From positions 1 to 64,000 of the IMG/VR virus record IMGVR_UViG_2811995368_000001: DNA of 64,000 nucleotides, one strand, 5' to 3'. Of this stretch, positions 55,601-64,000 are shown piece by piece (positions within the stretch are counted from its first letter, which is position 1; each line of letters begins with the position of its first letter). This stretch comes from a virus (lineage: Duplodnaviria > Caudoviricetes). The position numbers and the translations under genes are program-made. The notes under the pieces were generated by a model. It ran no database searches and was not told where the DNA came from. It saw only the letters and a list, made by a program, of their open reading frames with translations.

Positions 55601-58600
55601 CTGACGGCGGTCATGGAAAACCGCCATAGCAAGATTTTTATGACGCTCGAAGCCTTCGAGCGCATCCGCCTGCGCGACGACACCATCAGCGCCTACGAGG
55701 GCTTCATGCGCCAGGCTGACGCCAGCTTCGCCGAGAGCATGGACAAGAAGGAGGACGAGCGCGCCAAGGGCAAGCAAGCCGGGCTGCTGTCTGTGCTGTC
55801 CGACAAGCGCGGCGGCGCGCCGTACCTGGAAGACATGGGAATCGACAGCCTTGTTTTCGACGAGGCCCACGTCTTCAAGAACTCCGCCCAGACGGTGGAC
55901 TTCAAGGGCGCCAAGTTCCTTTCCCTGTCGCCGGCTTCCCGGCGCGGCATCGACGCCCAGGCCAAGGCTTGGTTCATCCGTGGGAAGTCCGAACGTAAGG
56001 ACGGCGTGCTGATGCTGACGGCCACGCCGATCACGAATAGCCCGCTGGAAATGTACGCGATGCTGTCTCTGGCCGCCGGCCATGAGCGCGTCAATGATAT
56101 GTGCCTGGGCATCCGGGGCGCCGACAACTTCATGGAAATGATGTGCGCCAAGGAGAACCAGGACGACGTGACGATGGACGGTGTGGCGCGCACCACGGAC
56201 GTGTTCGTGGGCCTGAACAACGTGGGCGTGCTGCGCAAGGCCATCGGCGAGGTGGCGACCATCAAGAGCGCCGAGGACGTGGGCGAGCAAATCGTGGTTC
56301 CCGACCGCGAAGAGAAGGCCACGCCGGTGACGCTTCCGCCTGAAATCGTGGATCGCCTGAAGCTCTACAAGGGCGCGTTCCGCTGGGCAATCGACCTCAT
56401 TTCCGAGAAGTCGCCGAACCGTGGCGACCAGGCCGCCTACGACGAGGTGGCGGAGCACTTCGGCGAGGAATTGAACCTCATCGGGCACCCATTCAACCTC
56501 ATCAACAAGATGACGCTGCTGATCGCGGATCCCGAACTCGACCAGCGCGCTACCTTCTACAGCTTCATCCCGACCCAGGCCGCCAAGGCCAAGGACGCCA
56601 TCGCGCAATTCAACGGCAAGAAGTTCATCGAGGAACGCCCCCGGCCAGGCCCCATGACTGACGAGAAGGCCATCGTCGGGCATCGCACCATCAAGGACAC
56701 CGCCGGCGCCGAAACCGAACTGCTGAAAGTGCAGGTGCAGGCCAAGGTCATCGACGGAAACCGCGTGGTGATTGACACCATCGACCCGGACACGCAGAGC
56801 GCCTTCGAGGCCATTGCCGAAAAGCTTGGCCTTGACCTGGATGTTTCCGTGCCGCCGAAACTGGCCGCGATGCTCGAAAACTTCCAGCACGAGCAGGCCA
56901 GCCCGCGCGGCATTGACGAGAACGGCGCCGCCACGTCCATCGTGAAGCAGATCGTCTTCTGCGACATCCTGCCCCTGCACAACAAAATCAAGCGGCTGCT
57001 GACCCGCCGGGCCGGCATCCCGTCCGGCGCCATCGCCGTTATCACGGGCCGCACGAACAACTCGCCCGACGAGATTCTTGCGGTGCAGGACGGCTTCAAC
57101 GCCGCCGGCGAGGACAACAAGTACCAGACCGTGATCGCCAACGAGAAGGCCGAGGTGGGCATCAACCTTCAGAAGGGCACGCAGGCCATCCATCACCTGA
57201 CCATCGGCTGGACGCCTGACAGCCTGGAACAGCGCAACGGGCGCGGCGTGCGCCAGGGCAACCAGACCGCGCGCGTGAGCCTCTACTACTACGATGCCGA
57301 CGGCACCTTCGACACCAGTAAGCGTTCGATGGTGAACAAGAAAGCGGACTGGATCGGCCAGGTCATGGATGTGAATGGCTCCGGCAGCGTGGCCGTGACC
57401 GGCGGCCTGTCCAAGGAGCAAATGGAAGCCCTGATCGACGTGGTGGGCGACGCCGACGCCATGCGCCGGATGCAGGAAACCATCGCGGTCAAGGAAGCCC
57501 AGTCTCGCGCGGCCAACAACCGCGACCGCCAGATGATTAATCTGGACACCATCCGCAAGCAAAACGCCTTCCTGAACGACAACAAGAGCGCGGACAGCTT
57601 CATCATCCGCAAGGTCATCGGACTGTGGAAGCTGGAACGGCAGGCCGCCAACCTGCGCGACCGCATCAGCAACCCGAAGGCCACGGCTACCGCCGTCGCC
57701 AAGAATGAAAGCCTGCTGGCCGAGCTGACCGCGAGCATGGGCGGCCTGCGCCGGCAGATCGAGGAATCGGCGACCCTGTTCCGCACCGAGTGGCGCGCCG
57801 GCGGCCAGGTGAAGGAGCGGGCCACGCTGGACGCCTTCTTCGCCGCGCTGCGCAACAACCCGAGGAAGCAGAAGGACGACGACATCGAATCCATGCTGAT
57901 GGGGCGCGCCTATCCGGCGTTCGCCATCGAGGCCATCGAGGGCGGCCCCATCACCAATGAATGGCAGGCCGAAGTCGATATGGCGCAGTCCATGATCGAC
58001 GAATCCAAGGCCAACTTCGCGCGCCAGGCTGACGAGGCGGGCGGCTATCCTGCGGGCGTGGCGGACGACATCGCCGCCGGCAACGGCATCATCTACAACG
58101 GCAAGCCGCTGGTGGATGGAACCTTCGTGCGCCTGAAGGGCGGACTGGCCGTGCTGTCCCTGGTCAAGGGTGTTCCGCGCGCCTTTGGCCGGATGCTCAA
58201 CGGCCAGCCGATGGCGGCCAACACCCAGGACGTGCTCGCGGGCGAATGGGTCTATCGCGGCACCGCCGACTACGATTCCTGCATCACCGATGCCGCCCAG
58301 ATCGAGGACAAGGTGAATGGCGGCGGCACCATCGAAAACGGCTTCAATGAGGTGGTGCCCGAAGTGGCGCAGCGCCGCAAGACCGAGGCGCTGGTGGCGT
58401 ATGCCACGCATTCGTACATGCTGCCGCAGCCGTTTTTCCCCTACGTCATCCCCCCGCGCGATGCCAGCAAGACCCCGGTCATGCAGCGCATCTTTGACAG
58501 CCAAAAGGCCATCATCAGGTCGTTCGATGAGGCTGGAAATTTCGTGGTGCCCAGCGATGCAGCGGTGGAGCGCATCGGCGGCGGAGCCTATGGCAACAGC

Positions 58601-59134
58601 GCCGACAAGCACCGCGCCGCGATGCGCGAGTTCGCCACGGCCAACGGGTTGAAGATGACCATAGCGGACTTCGACAACTTCGATATGTGGGTGCAGAACG
58701 AGATCGAGCACAATGTCTCGCTCGACGCCCTGAAGTCTGCCCTGACCGGAGAGAGCGAGCCGGAAATCATCGAGCAGGCTTCCACGTTCATGCGCGCCGC
58801 CGCGCCGTGGTTCGACTGGCAGGGCAAGGATCCGGCCAGCGACTACCTGCCGTACCAGTTCAAGCGTGCCATCGAGGAAGCTGTGCGCAAGGTGGTGGCG
58901 GGCGGCCAGCCCAAGGGCGACCTGCCGAACGACGTGGTGGGCATCAAGGGGAACACCCGCGCCTGGAAGGAAACTATCAAGCAATGCGCCGGCGTGGCCG
59001 GGAGCGGCAAATTCAAGTGGGATGGAGACGCCCTGACGTGGAACGTGTATCGTTCTACGTGGGAATACCTCATCAAGACCTACCCGAAGGCGCAGGAGCA
59101 ATTGGAGCTTGCCCCTGCCACCCGCGAAATTTAA
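52691..59134 (+). CDS. darB: DarB-like N6-methyltransferase-SNF2 helicase fusion
   Basis: EYYTP, VLDPCAGVGVF, NVPF; GVGLGKT, DEAH, TATP..NSP, GINLQ, QRNGRGVRQGN. Confidence 0.92.
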   Translation: MLNRIAFDSAVGSGGVLARLKLVGELARVKAELKGANGALARLKLSARANQIRAELGAMQTATGGAAEGEQPAAPDATAGDDAPSAPRNQTAQYYEFDPNRKPAQRKKDNTEAMALLRRIDAGEVDSARLTPEEKLALAKYSGTGGALIGADGKKGSAYEYYTPKPIAEGVWELMGELGFSGGKVLDPCAGVGVFGATAPLSAAIDAVELNETSGRINGLVNAGPGYTATVSPFEKVAAATPDEQYDAVVTNVPFGGVADRGGNQLLDSRYQKEPLQNYFILRSLEKLKPGGLAVFITPPRCVSGKGGKEEELRVKASYVAEFLGAYRLPNSVFGTASADTMTDVIAFRKYSRDTLDKIAELREQSPKVLIEANVQWQPFIDGRYFDGEGKRFVLGEFVPKDPTKFRDVDRVITKAPIGEIGRMLKRFPDSRVNWDMLGASETTPIIYRDGDTITQAGQTLQMQDGRWVPLARGEDSASMADLVGKMKDPYAAFEAGATWPDAEKCVDYMVETSQSLDIPDWLRGAMAEIRRLKAADQRAQFWNAGIVGMAAAQVLQERLGEETGVNFLAEYPALSDAMQRVAGVAKKRPSALGGKLRDGLLTIGNHYQKKTGFSAVWRGDVQQQAPSVESTADSTFEGLRYKTKSIWASLEDTRAIYGEGFDPHADPAWCLSPDGKSVTRADDYYVGNYAEFLARVDADIAGAASDDIRAKLLRQKMDAAARIDKVDVSKLTFNLFSPHVSLEEKADFLRRFVHPSAAVIYDERTGEKRVDIDVPGSNLTDREKLLNRIGDYLKNGTITLGGVKLGMDDAKALHELRRMVNTANEQFNGWVRGNRAIVARLEAIASDPAKLRFRQVEDEAPMPIPGMNPDLTLHGYQNAYVRKTSREFGGINGFGVGLGKTFTALAATQYAQSIGVKSKTAFVVPNSVLSNWRKEAARAYANTDDCLFIGLRVGKDGKATVSSSNFDTDLTAVMENRHSKIFMTLEAFERIRLRDDTISAYEGFMRQADASFAESMDKKEDERAKGKQAGLLSVLSDKRGGAPYLEDMGIDSLVFDEAHVFKNSAQTVDFKGAKFLSLSPASRRGIDAQAKAWFIRGKSERKDGVLMLTATPITNSPLEMYAMLSLAAGHERVNDMCLGIRGADNFMEMMCAKENQDDVTMDGVARTTDVFVGLNNVGVLRKAIGEVATIKSAEDVGEQIVVPDREEKATPVTLPPEIVDRLKLYKGAFRWAIDLISEKSPNRGDQAAYDEVAEHFGEELNLIGHPFNLINKMTLLIADPELDQRATFYSFIPTQAAKAKDAIAQFNGKKFIEERPRPGPMTDEKAIVGHRTIKDTAGAETELLKVQVQAKVIDGNRVVIDTIDPDTQSAFEAIAEKLGLDLDVSVPPKLAAMLENFQHEQASPRGIDENGAATSIVKQIVFCDILPLHNKIKRLLTRRAGIPSGAIAVITGRTNNSPDEILAVQDGFNAAGEDNKYQTVIANEKAEVGINLQKGTQAIHHLTIGWTPDSLEQRNGRGVRQGNQTARVSLYYYDADGTFDTSKRSMVNKKADWIGQVMDVNGSGSVAVTGGLSKEQMEALIDVVGDADAMRRMQETIAVKEAQSRAANNRDRQMINLDTIRKQNAFLNDNKSADSFIIRKVIGLWKLERQAANLRDRISNPKATATAVAKNESLLAELTASMGGLRRQIEESATLFRTEWRAGGQVKERATLDAFFAALRNNPRKQKDDDIESMLMGRAYPAFAIEAIEGGPITNEWQAEVDMAQSMIDESKANFARQADEAGGYPAGVADDIAAGNGIIYNGKPLVDGTFVRLKGGLAVLSLVKGVPRAFGRMLNGQPMAANTQDVLAGEWVYRGTADYDSCITDAAQIEDKVNGGGTIENGFNEVVPEVAQRRKTEALVAYATHSYMLPQPFFPYVIPPRDASKTPVMQRIFDSQKAIIRSFDEAGNFVVPSDAAVERIGGGAYGNSADKHRAAMREFATANGLKMTIADFDNFDMWVQNEIEHNVSLDALKSALTGESEPEIIEQASTFMRAAAPWFDWQGKDPASDYLPYQFKRAIEEAVRKVVAGGQPKGDLPNDVVGIKGNTRAWKETIKQCAGVAGSGKFKWDGDALTWNVYRSTWEYLIKTYPKAQEQLELAPATREI

Positions 59135-59143
59135 GGACGAATC

Positions 59144-59557
59144 ATGGCCTACACCGAATACAAGTTCGACAAGGACGCCATCAAGGCTCTGGTGGCAGAA
59201 CGCGCCGCCGGCCTGCGTGCCAATCGCGGGTTCTCGAATCTGCTGGGCTTCGGCCTGGGCGTGGTGGCGGAGCGGTTGCAGAAAGACCCGCGCCGCTACC
59301 GCGACTATGGCCCGTACTGGTGGGCGCTGAAGGATGCGCTGAAGACGGGCGGGTACGAGCTGGGCGATCAGGGCGACCCACTCATCCAGCGGGCCTACCA
59401 GGGGGAGACTGCCGAGGAAACCCTCATCATGGCCGACGAGTTTCGCACGGCCTACCTGGCGTCGAACATCATCTACACCAACCAGTTCATGCTCGACGCC
59501 GATAACCCGGACTTCTACACTCTGTTCGACAAGGACATGGAGTTTCCGGCGGCGTAG
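59144..59557 (+). CDS. ulx: Ulx-like Dar accessory protein
   Basis: RLQKDPRRYRDYGPYWWALK...GY matches the recalled P1 Ulx motif; follows darB as in P1. Confidence 0.75.
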   Translation: MAYTEYKFDKDAIKALVAERAAGLRANRGFSNLLGFGLGVVAERLQKDPRRYRDYGPYWWALKDALKTGGYELGDQGDPLIQRAYQGETAEETLIMADEFRTAYLASNIIYTNQFMLDADNPDFYTLFDKDMEFPAA

Positions 59558-59570
59558 CGCCGAACCCAGC

Positions 59571-59604
59571 GGCGGGCGTATTGCCCGCCATTGCGCGTCC
59601 TTTT
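59571..59604 (+). terminator. Possible terminator after the dar operon
   Basis: GGCGGGCG-TAT-TGCCCGCC hairpin; T-tract is displaced. Confidence 0.4.
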
Positions 59605-59614
59605 CCACCGAGGC

Positions 59615-59655
59615 GGAAAAATAGGCGATAGGCCGGCGGCGGGGCATCCTACCCT
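59615..59655 (+). promoter_or_regulatory. Putative late promoter 7 (leaderless portal)
   Basis: CGGAAAA-N29-TACCCT; ATG begins 7 nt after the -10 box, no RBS. Confidence 0.7.
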
Positions 59656-59661
59656 TGCCGC

Positions 59662-61236
59662 ATGGCCGACATTTCCAATACCCCCGTCCCGCCCAAGCCC
59701 GGCTTCCTGGCCCGCCTTGGTCTGTCCCGCAAGCGGTGGGCGTCTTCGCACATCGCGCCGGCGCAGCAGATCACGGCGTCGGATGCCTTCATGTACGGGG
59801 CCGGAACCACCACCATCGCGTCTCTGCTGGGTTCTGGAAACCGTGGCGCGCGCGCCCGGCAAATCATCTACGAGAAGTGGTCGATGATGGAGGGCGACCC
59901 CATCATTTCGACGGCCCTCATGCTGCTGGTCACTTCGGCCCTGGGTGGGCACGAAACCAACGGCGACCTTGTTTTCGTTGAAAAGAAGTCCGAGACGAAG
60001 AAGGACAAGCGCCTTTCCGCCATCGTCGATGACATCGCCGCCGAGCTGGCGCCGCTCTTCAACAAGACGGCCTTCCAGGCGGCCTACATCGGCGGCGCGT
60101 TCGGGGATTCCTACGCGCGCCTCTATACGAACTCGCGCGGCGTGGTGGACATCCACATGGACGAAACCATCCGCCCGCCGATGGTGCAGCCGTTCGAGCG
60201 TGGCAGCCGCACGGTGGGCTTCGCCGTCTATACCGGGGAGCGAGGCTTCGAGCGGCTTGACGTTTCGCAGATGGCCCGCCTGAAGATGCCGCGCGTCCAG
60301 TGGGTGCCACAGTACGGCGTCGTCGAAAAAGCGGTGCGCCTGGCAATCGCCGAGGACGACATCGACAGCTTGCCCATCATGCCCAGCATGGTCGGCGGCT
60401 CTCTGCTCTACAGCGCCGAAGGGCCTTACGACAATCTCACGGCGTCCCTGCTGGGCTTGGTCGGGCAGCGGTGGATGGATTCGATTGACGAGCAGATGGT
60501 GGCGGTCAATCTGGAATCCATGAACCTCGATCAGCAACAGCGGTTCGTCGAATCGGTCAAGGCTATGCTCATGGCGTCGAAAGCCTACGCCGAACAGGCC
60601 GTGAAAACTGGCCGCCCGGTGATGGAGAGGATCCGGCACATCATCCCGGTTTTCAATGAGAAACAGCTTTCCACGGTGGGGCCGGCGAATGGCGGCGCAC
60701 CTGGCCGCGCCGCGACTATCAGCATCGAGGACGTGATGCTGCACGCCCGGATGCTGGCCGGCGCGCTGGGTGTCGATTTGTCCATGCTGGGTTTTGCCGA
60801 CCAGCTTTCCGGCGGTCTGGGCGAGGGCGGCTTCTTCCGCGTGTCCGCGCAGGCAGCCGAGCGCGCGCGCATCATCCGCGTGGCGCTGGCCGACTTCTTC
60901 AACCACGTCATCGACATCCACACCATGCGCCGCTACGGCGTGGTGTTCGACCCCAAGGAGCGTCCCTGGACGATCAATTTCTTCGGGTCTATTTCGGCCC
61001 TGGAAGCCGAGAAGCAGCGCACGCGCTCCGATTCGATGAACGCGGGGATGCTGCTGGCCCAGTCCATGCAGATGATGAAGGAGCTGGGCGCGAGCAAGGA
61101 GGTGATGACCGAGTTCCTCGTGAAGACTATGATGCTTGATGAAGACCAGGCCAAGCTCTACGCATCCGTCGTGGATGCGAAGCCGCCCGAGGACGACGGC
61201 GGAATGGGCGGCGGGTTTGGTGGCATGAGGGGCTAA
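59662..61236 (+). CDS. prt: Portal protein, P1 Prt-like
   Basis: MEGDPIISTAL...AL, FGDSYARLY, GGSLL, LGVDLSMLGFADQLSGGLGEGGFFR. Confidence 0.8.
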   Translation: MADISNTPVPPKPGFLARLGLSRKRWASSHIAPAQQITASDAFMYGAGTTTIASLLGSGNRGARARQIIYEKWSMMEGDPIISTALMLLVTSALGGHETNGDLVFVEKKSETKKDKRLSAIVDDIAAELAPLFNKTAFQAAYIGGAFGDSYARLYTNSRGVVDIHMDETIRPPMVQPFERGSRTVGFAVYTGERGFERLDVSQMARLKMPRVQWVPQYGVVEKAVRLAIAEDDIDSLPIMPSMVGGSLLYSAEGPYDNLTASLLGLVGQRWMDSIDEQMVAVNLESMNLDQQQRFVESVKAMLMASKAYAEQAVKTGRPVMERIRHIIPVFNEKQLSTVGPANGGAPGRAATISIEDVMLHARMLAGALGVDLSMLGFADQLSGGLGEGGFFRVSAQAAERARIIRVALADFFNHVIDIHTMRRYGVVFDPKERPWTINFFGSISALEAEKQRTRSDSMNAGMLLAQSMQMMKELGASKEVMTEFLVKTMMLDEDQAKLYASVVDAKPPEDDGGMGGGFGGMRG

Positions 61237-61239
61237 CCC

Positions 61240-62145
61240 ATGTCCCTCTACAACAACATCGCCGAGAGCCTTTCCAGCAACGGCCTGTTCGGCTCCATCA
61301 AGTCTGGCTTGAACTCCGTGCTGGGCAGCGCCGCCGGCGCGGCGACCGATGCGCTTGGCGGCGGGAAGCTGGCAAAGACCGTGACCAGCATGGGCCAGAG
61401 CATGGCGTCCAACGCCGCGATGAACCTGGTCAATAAGTACGTTCCGCTTCAGGCCCAGCGCATGATTAACGTGGGCGGCGGCGCGCTGGGTGACGTACTG
61501 CAAGGCAACTGGGAAGACGCCGGGATGCGCCTGCTGGATTCCGGCCTGCTGAACGACCTGCTACCCGGCATGGGTGGCGTGGCCTCGCAGACGATGTATT
61601 GGGGTTCTCCCACCCCGCTATTCGGCGGCATCAGCCCGACCGAAGCGCGCAACATCTACGACGACATGCGCAGCCAGAAGCTGGCGAAAAAGAACCTCTG
61701 GCTGATCGAGGTTTCGAGCCGCCTGAACGGCGATATGTCGCAGCGGTTCAATCTCTTCGCTACCGAGGTCGAATACGAGCCGTTCATCGTCGCCGGCGAG
61801 AAGCGCCGCGTGGGCGGGGCCGTGATCGACGCGGTGCAGGGCGCGGAACACGTTGAACTGCGCCTGACCACCATCGACGACCAGCAAGGCACGCTCAAGC
61901 GGTGGTTTGCGGCACATCACGGCGCGGCGGCGGCGCGTGACGGCACTGTAGGCGTGCCGGACAGCTACGCCATCACCATCAAGGTAGTCCATGCCTTCAT
62001 CACCAGGGGCAGCAACCGTGGCGGCTATGAGGATGTCGGCATGTTCCGCCCGGCCAACATGGCCGTGAGCCTGTCCCGCCGTGAGGATGGGCTGGAAGAG
62101 GTGCAAATGTCCTTCTCGCAACTCGACACCTTTATGAGGCCGTAG
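61240..62145 (+). CDS. Putative tail-tube-like baseplate protein
   Basis: Gly-rich N terminus and tube-like beta C-terminal domain; precedes the tape measure. Confidence 0.55.
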   Translation: MSLYNNIAESLSSNGLFGSIKSGLNSVLGSAAGAATDALGGGKLAKTVTSMGQSMASNAAMNLVNKYVPLQAQRMINVGGGALGDVLQGNWEDAGMRLLDSGLLNDLLPGMGGVASQTMYWGSPTPLFGGISPTEARNIYDDMRSQKLAKKNLWLIEVSSRLNGDMSQRFNLFATEVEYEPFIVAGEKRRVGGAVIDAVQGAEHVELRLTTIDDQQGTLKRWFAAHHGAAAARDGTVGVPDSYAITIKVVHAFITRGSNRGGYEDVGMFRPANMAVSLSRREDGLEEVQMSFSQLDTFMRP

Positions 62146-62146
62146 C

Positions 62147-64000
62147 ATGGCACTCAAGCACGACGCACAAGGATTCCTGACCGGCGACCCCATCGACATC
62201 GGGCGTGCGCTCAAGGTCTGGGACGACATCCACGAGGACGTGCGCGCGATTCGCCGCGCCCTGACCAGCGGCACGCATGGAACGACTGCGCGCCCTGGCC
62301 GCGCCGACAGGGGCGGAAACGAGGTGGCGCGCCCGATGGCGCCCGCCCCGAGCAGCCCGCGCGCATCCAGCCAGATCCCGGCGCTGCTGCGCAAAGCCAC
62401 TACGCCGCAGACGGGCGGAGCCAGCGCAAGCGCCATCCGGCGCGACGCCCAAGCGGTTGAAGTCGCCGGCCAGGCCGTGGCCGCCGTGCGCGCGGCCAGC
62501 CAAGCCACGCAGCGCGCCGTCGCCAAGCCGGTATCCCGCGACGGGCGCGGGCGCTTCGTGCGCGGCGAGGGCCGAGGCCCCGGCGGGGCTGGCGGCTCTG
62601 GCCCTGGCTCCGGTAACGGCCCCAGCGATCCCGACGAAACCGGCGCGCTGCGCGGCGTAGCCGACCGCATTGCAGGCGCCATCAGGGAATCCGGCAGCGG
62701 CATGGAGGAAGCCGACCCGGCCATCAAGGCCATGAACGAGGTGGCGCGCCCGATGGCGCGCGGCTACGAACTGCTGACCGGCGGCAACCGCGAGAAGCGG
62801 CAGGAAGGATGGCTGCGCCGCATCTGGACTTCGCTGACCGGGTTCCGCAAGGACGAAACGACCTTCAACAAGGCGGCCAACAAGAGCCTGAAGAACATCG
62901 AGGAAAAGCCAGACGCCGAGGCGCCCGGTGGTTCCGGCCTGCTGGGCGGGATGTTCGGCGGCCTTGGCCGCGCTCTGACGCGCATCCCGATTGTGGGCGG
63001 CCTGTTGGGCGCCGGCGGCGGCTTGCTCAAGGGCGCTGGCCGCCTTCTTGGTTTCGGCGGCAAGGAAGCCGCCGCAGCCAGCGGTGCCGCGAAAGAAGCC
63101 GGACTGCTGGGCAAGGCTGGCGGGCTGCTGAAGGAAGGCGGCGCGCTCTCCAAGATGGGCGGGCTGCTGAAGCGCGTCCCGATTCTGGGGGCGCTGCTGG
63201 CCGGCGCCGGTGCGGCGGCAGACGTGTATTCGTCCGAATCCGACGATACGCTTTCGCGGCGCGACAAGGACAAGAAGACCGGGGCCGCCGTCGGCGGGTT
63301 CGCTGGCTCGATGGCTGGCATGGCCGCAGGGGCGGCGGGCGGCGCAGCTCTTGGCACGCTCATTTTCCCCGGCATCGGTACGGCAATCGGCGGCGCAATC
63401 GGCGGCGCCGTGGGCATGTTCCTAGGCGACGACGCCGGGAAGATTCTCGGAGACACCGTAGGCGGCTGGGTCAATGACCTGCGCGCCGCCGACATCCCCG
63501 GCATCATCGGCAACGCCTGGAACGAGGTCAAGGTGATGGCGCTGGGCACCTTCGACTGGGTGAAGTCTGGCTGGGATTCGGTGGTGGGCACGTTGCAGAA
63601 GGGTTGGGACGCCACTATGTCCGCCTTCTCCGCCGTGGGCGACACCATCAAGAAAGCATGGGGCGGCTTCGTGGATACCGCGAAGGCGGGCTGGGAATCC
63701 GTCTCTGGCGCGTTCGCATCGGCCTACGAAGGGCTGAAATCTCTACCCGGCATTGGCCCGGCCATCAAGGCCGCAGAGGCCGGCGCGCGCAAGATCGCCG
63801 AGGTGGCTGGCGCGGTGAAGGATGGAGCCGTCGAGCTGGGCGGCAAGGCTGTCGATGCTGTCCAGTCCGGCGCAAGCACCGCATGGAACGCGACGAAGAA
63901 CGCCGCCGGTAGTGCGTGGAGTGGCACCAAGGACTTCGCCGCTAGCATGGTGCCGCAGGGCCTGAAAGACCGCATCGCGGCCCGCCGGGCGATGGAAACC
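62147..64000 (+). CDS. Tape measure protein (runs off the window end; absent from the ORF track)
   Basis: ATG 62147 MALKHDAQGFL...; Gly-zipper GAALGTLIFPGIGTAIGGAIGGAVG, RVPILG motif, periodic W/F repeats; I saw no stop before 64000. Confidence 0.8.
   Translation, partial: MALKHDAQGFLTGDPIDIGRALKVWDDIHEDVRAIRRALTSGTHGTTARPGRADRGGNEVARPMAPAPSSPRASSQIPALLRKATTPQTGGASASAIRRDAQAVEVAGQAVAAVRAASQATQRAVAKPVSRDGRGRFVRGEGRGPGGAGGSGPGSGNGPSDPDETGALRGVADRIAGAIRESGSGMEEADPAIKAMNEVARPMARGYELLTGGNREKRQEGWLRRIWTSLTGFRKDETTFNKAANKSLKNIEEKPDAEAPGGSGLLGGMFGGLGRALTRIPIVGGLLGAGGGLLKGAGRLLGFGGKEAAAASGAAKEAGLLGKAGGLLKEGGALSKMGGLLKRVPILGALLAGAGAAADVYSSESDDTLSRRDKDKKTGAAVGGFAGSMAGMAAGAAGGAALGTLIFPGIGTAIGGAIGGAVGMFLGDDAGKILGDTVGGWVNDLRAADIPGIIGNAWNEVKVMALGTFDWVKSGWDSVVGTLQKGWDATMSAFSAVGDTIKKAWGGFVDTAKAGWESVSGAFASAYEGLKSLPGIGPAIKAAEAGARKIAEVAGAVKDGAVELGGKAVDAVQSGASTAWNATKNAAGSAWSGTKDFAASMVPQGLKDRIAARRAMET

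Larger units (their letters stand above)
1..64000. mobile_element. Temperate phage/prophage: lambdoid early and immunity region joined to a P1-like myovirus morphogenesis module; both ends lie outside the window
   Basis: Continuous phage gene content: alpA, ssb, YqaJ, cI/cro, O/DnaC, terminase, capsid, sheath, lysis, Dar, portal, tape measure; no host housekeeping genes. Confidence 0.96.

Noticed and set aside
59601-59620. Inverted TTTTCC/GGAAAA pair as a divergent promoter
   Set aside because: No -10-like hexamer at the expected distance on the minus strand
52577-59647. 2356-aa minus-strand ORF (also 35402-39727, 47854-50340, 50524-52956, 28065-30311)
   Set aside because: Antisense shadows of strongly codon-biased high-GC genes; no motifs or RBS
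1-64000. CRISPR array, IS element, reverse transcriptase / DGR template repeat
   Set aside because: By eye, no regularly spaced repeat-spacer array, transposase, YxDD RT or second copy of the variable region

Overview
The whole window is one temperate phage genome segment, most likely a prophage of a high-GC betaproteobacterium (judged from the SSB sequence); neither end is in view. It looks like a mosaic. Left half (1-26 kb): lambdoid organisation with an AlpA/excisionase-like gene, a long leftward early operon (C5-MTase, SSB, DUF5131, ASCH, DUF2303, DUF550/DUF4406 fusion, YqaJ recombination pair, HNH, a C-type-lectin DGR-target-like gene, initiator tRNA-fMet, KTSC, structured non-coding leader), a cI/cro switch with readable PL/PR promoters and five TTAGGC-N3-GCCTAA operators, two more MTases, O-like initiator plus DnaC, and nin-like genes. 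Right half (26.8-64 kb): a P1 (Punavirus)-like myovirus virion module with PacA/PacB terminase, Pro, major capsid, sheath, tube, baseplate, lysis cassette, portal and tape measure, plus a contiguous Dar antirestriction cluster (hdf-darA-darB-ulx). Read directly from the DNA: a seven-copy late-promoter-like motif (GGAAAA-N28/29-TAnnnT), a GAAACC hexamer cluster in pacA (candidate pac site), an orphan DGR variable region, tandem pseudoknot-like elements in the PL leader, G-tracts in two MTase genes, and a recurring [LFM]D[SA] motif in head proteins. Family assignments are by motif recognition from memory, not database searches.
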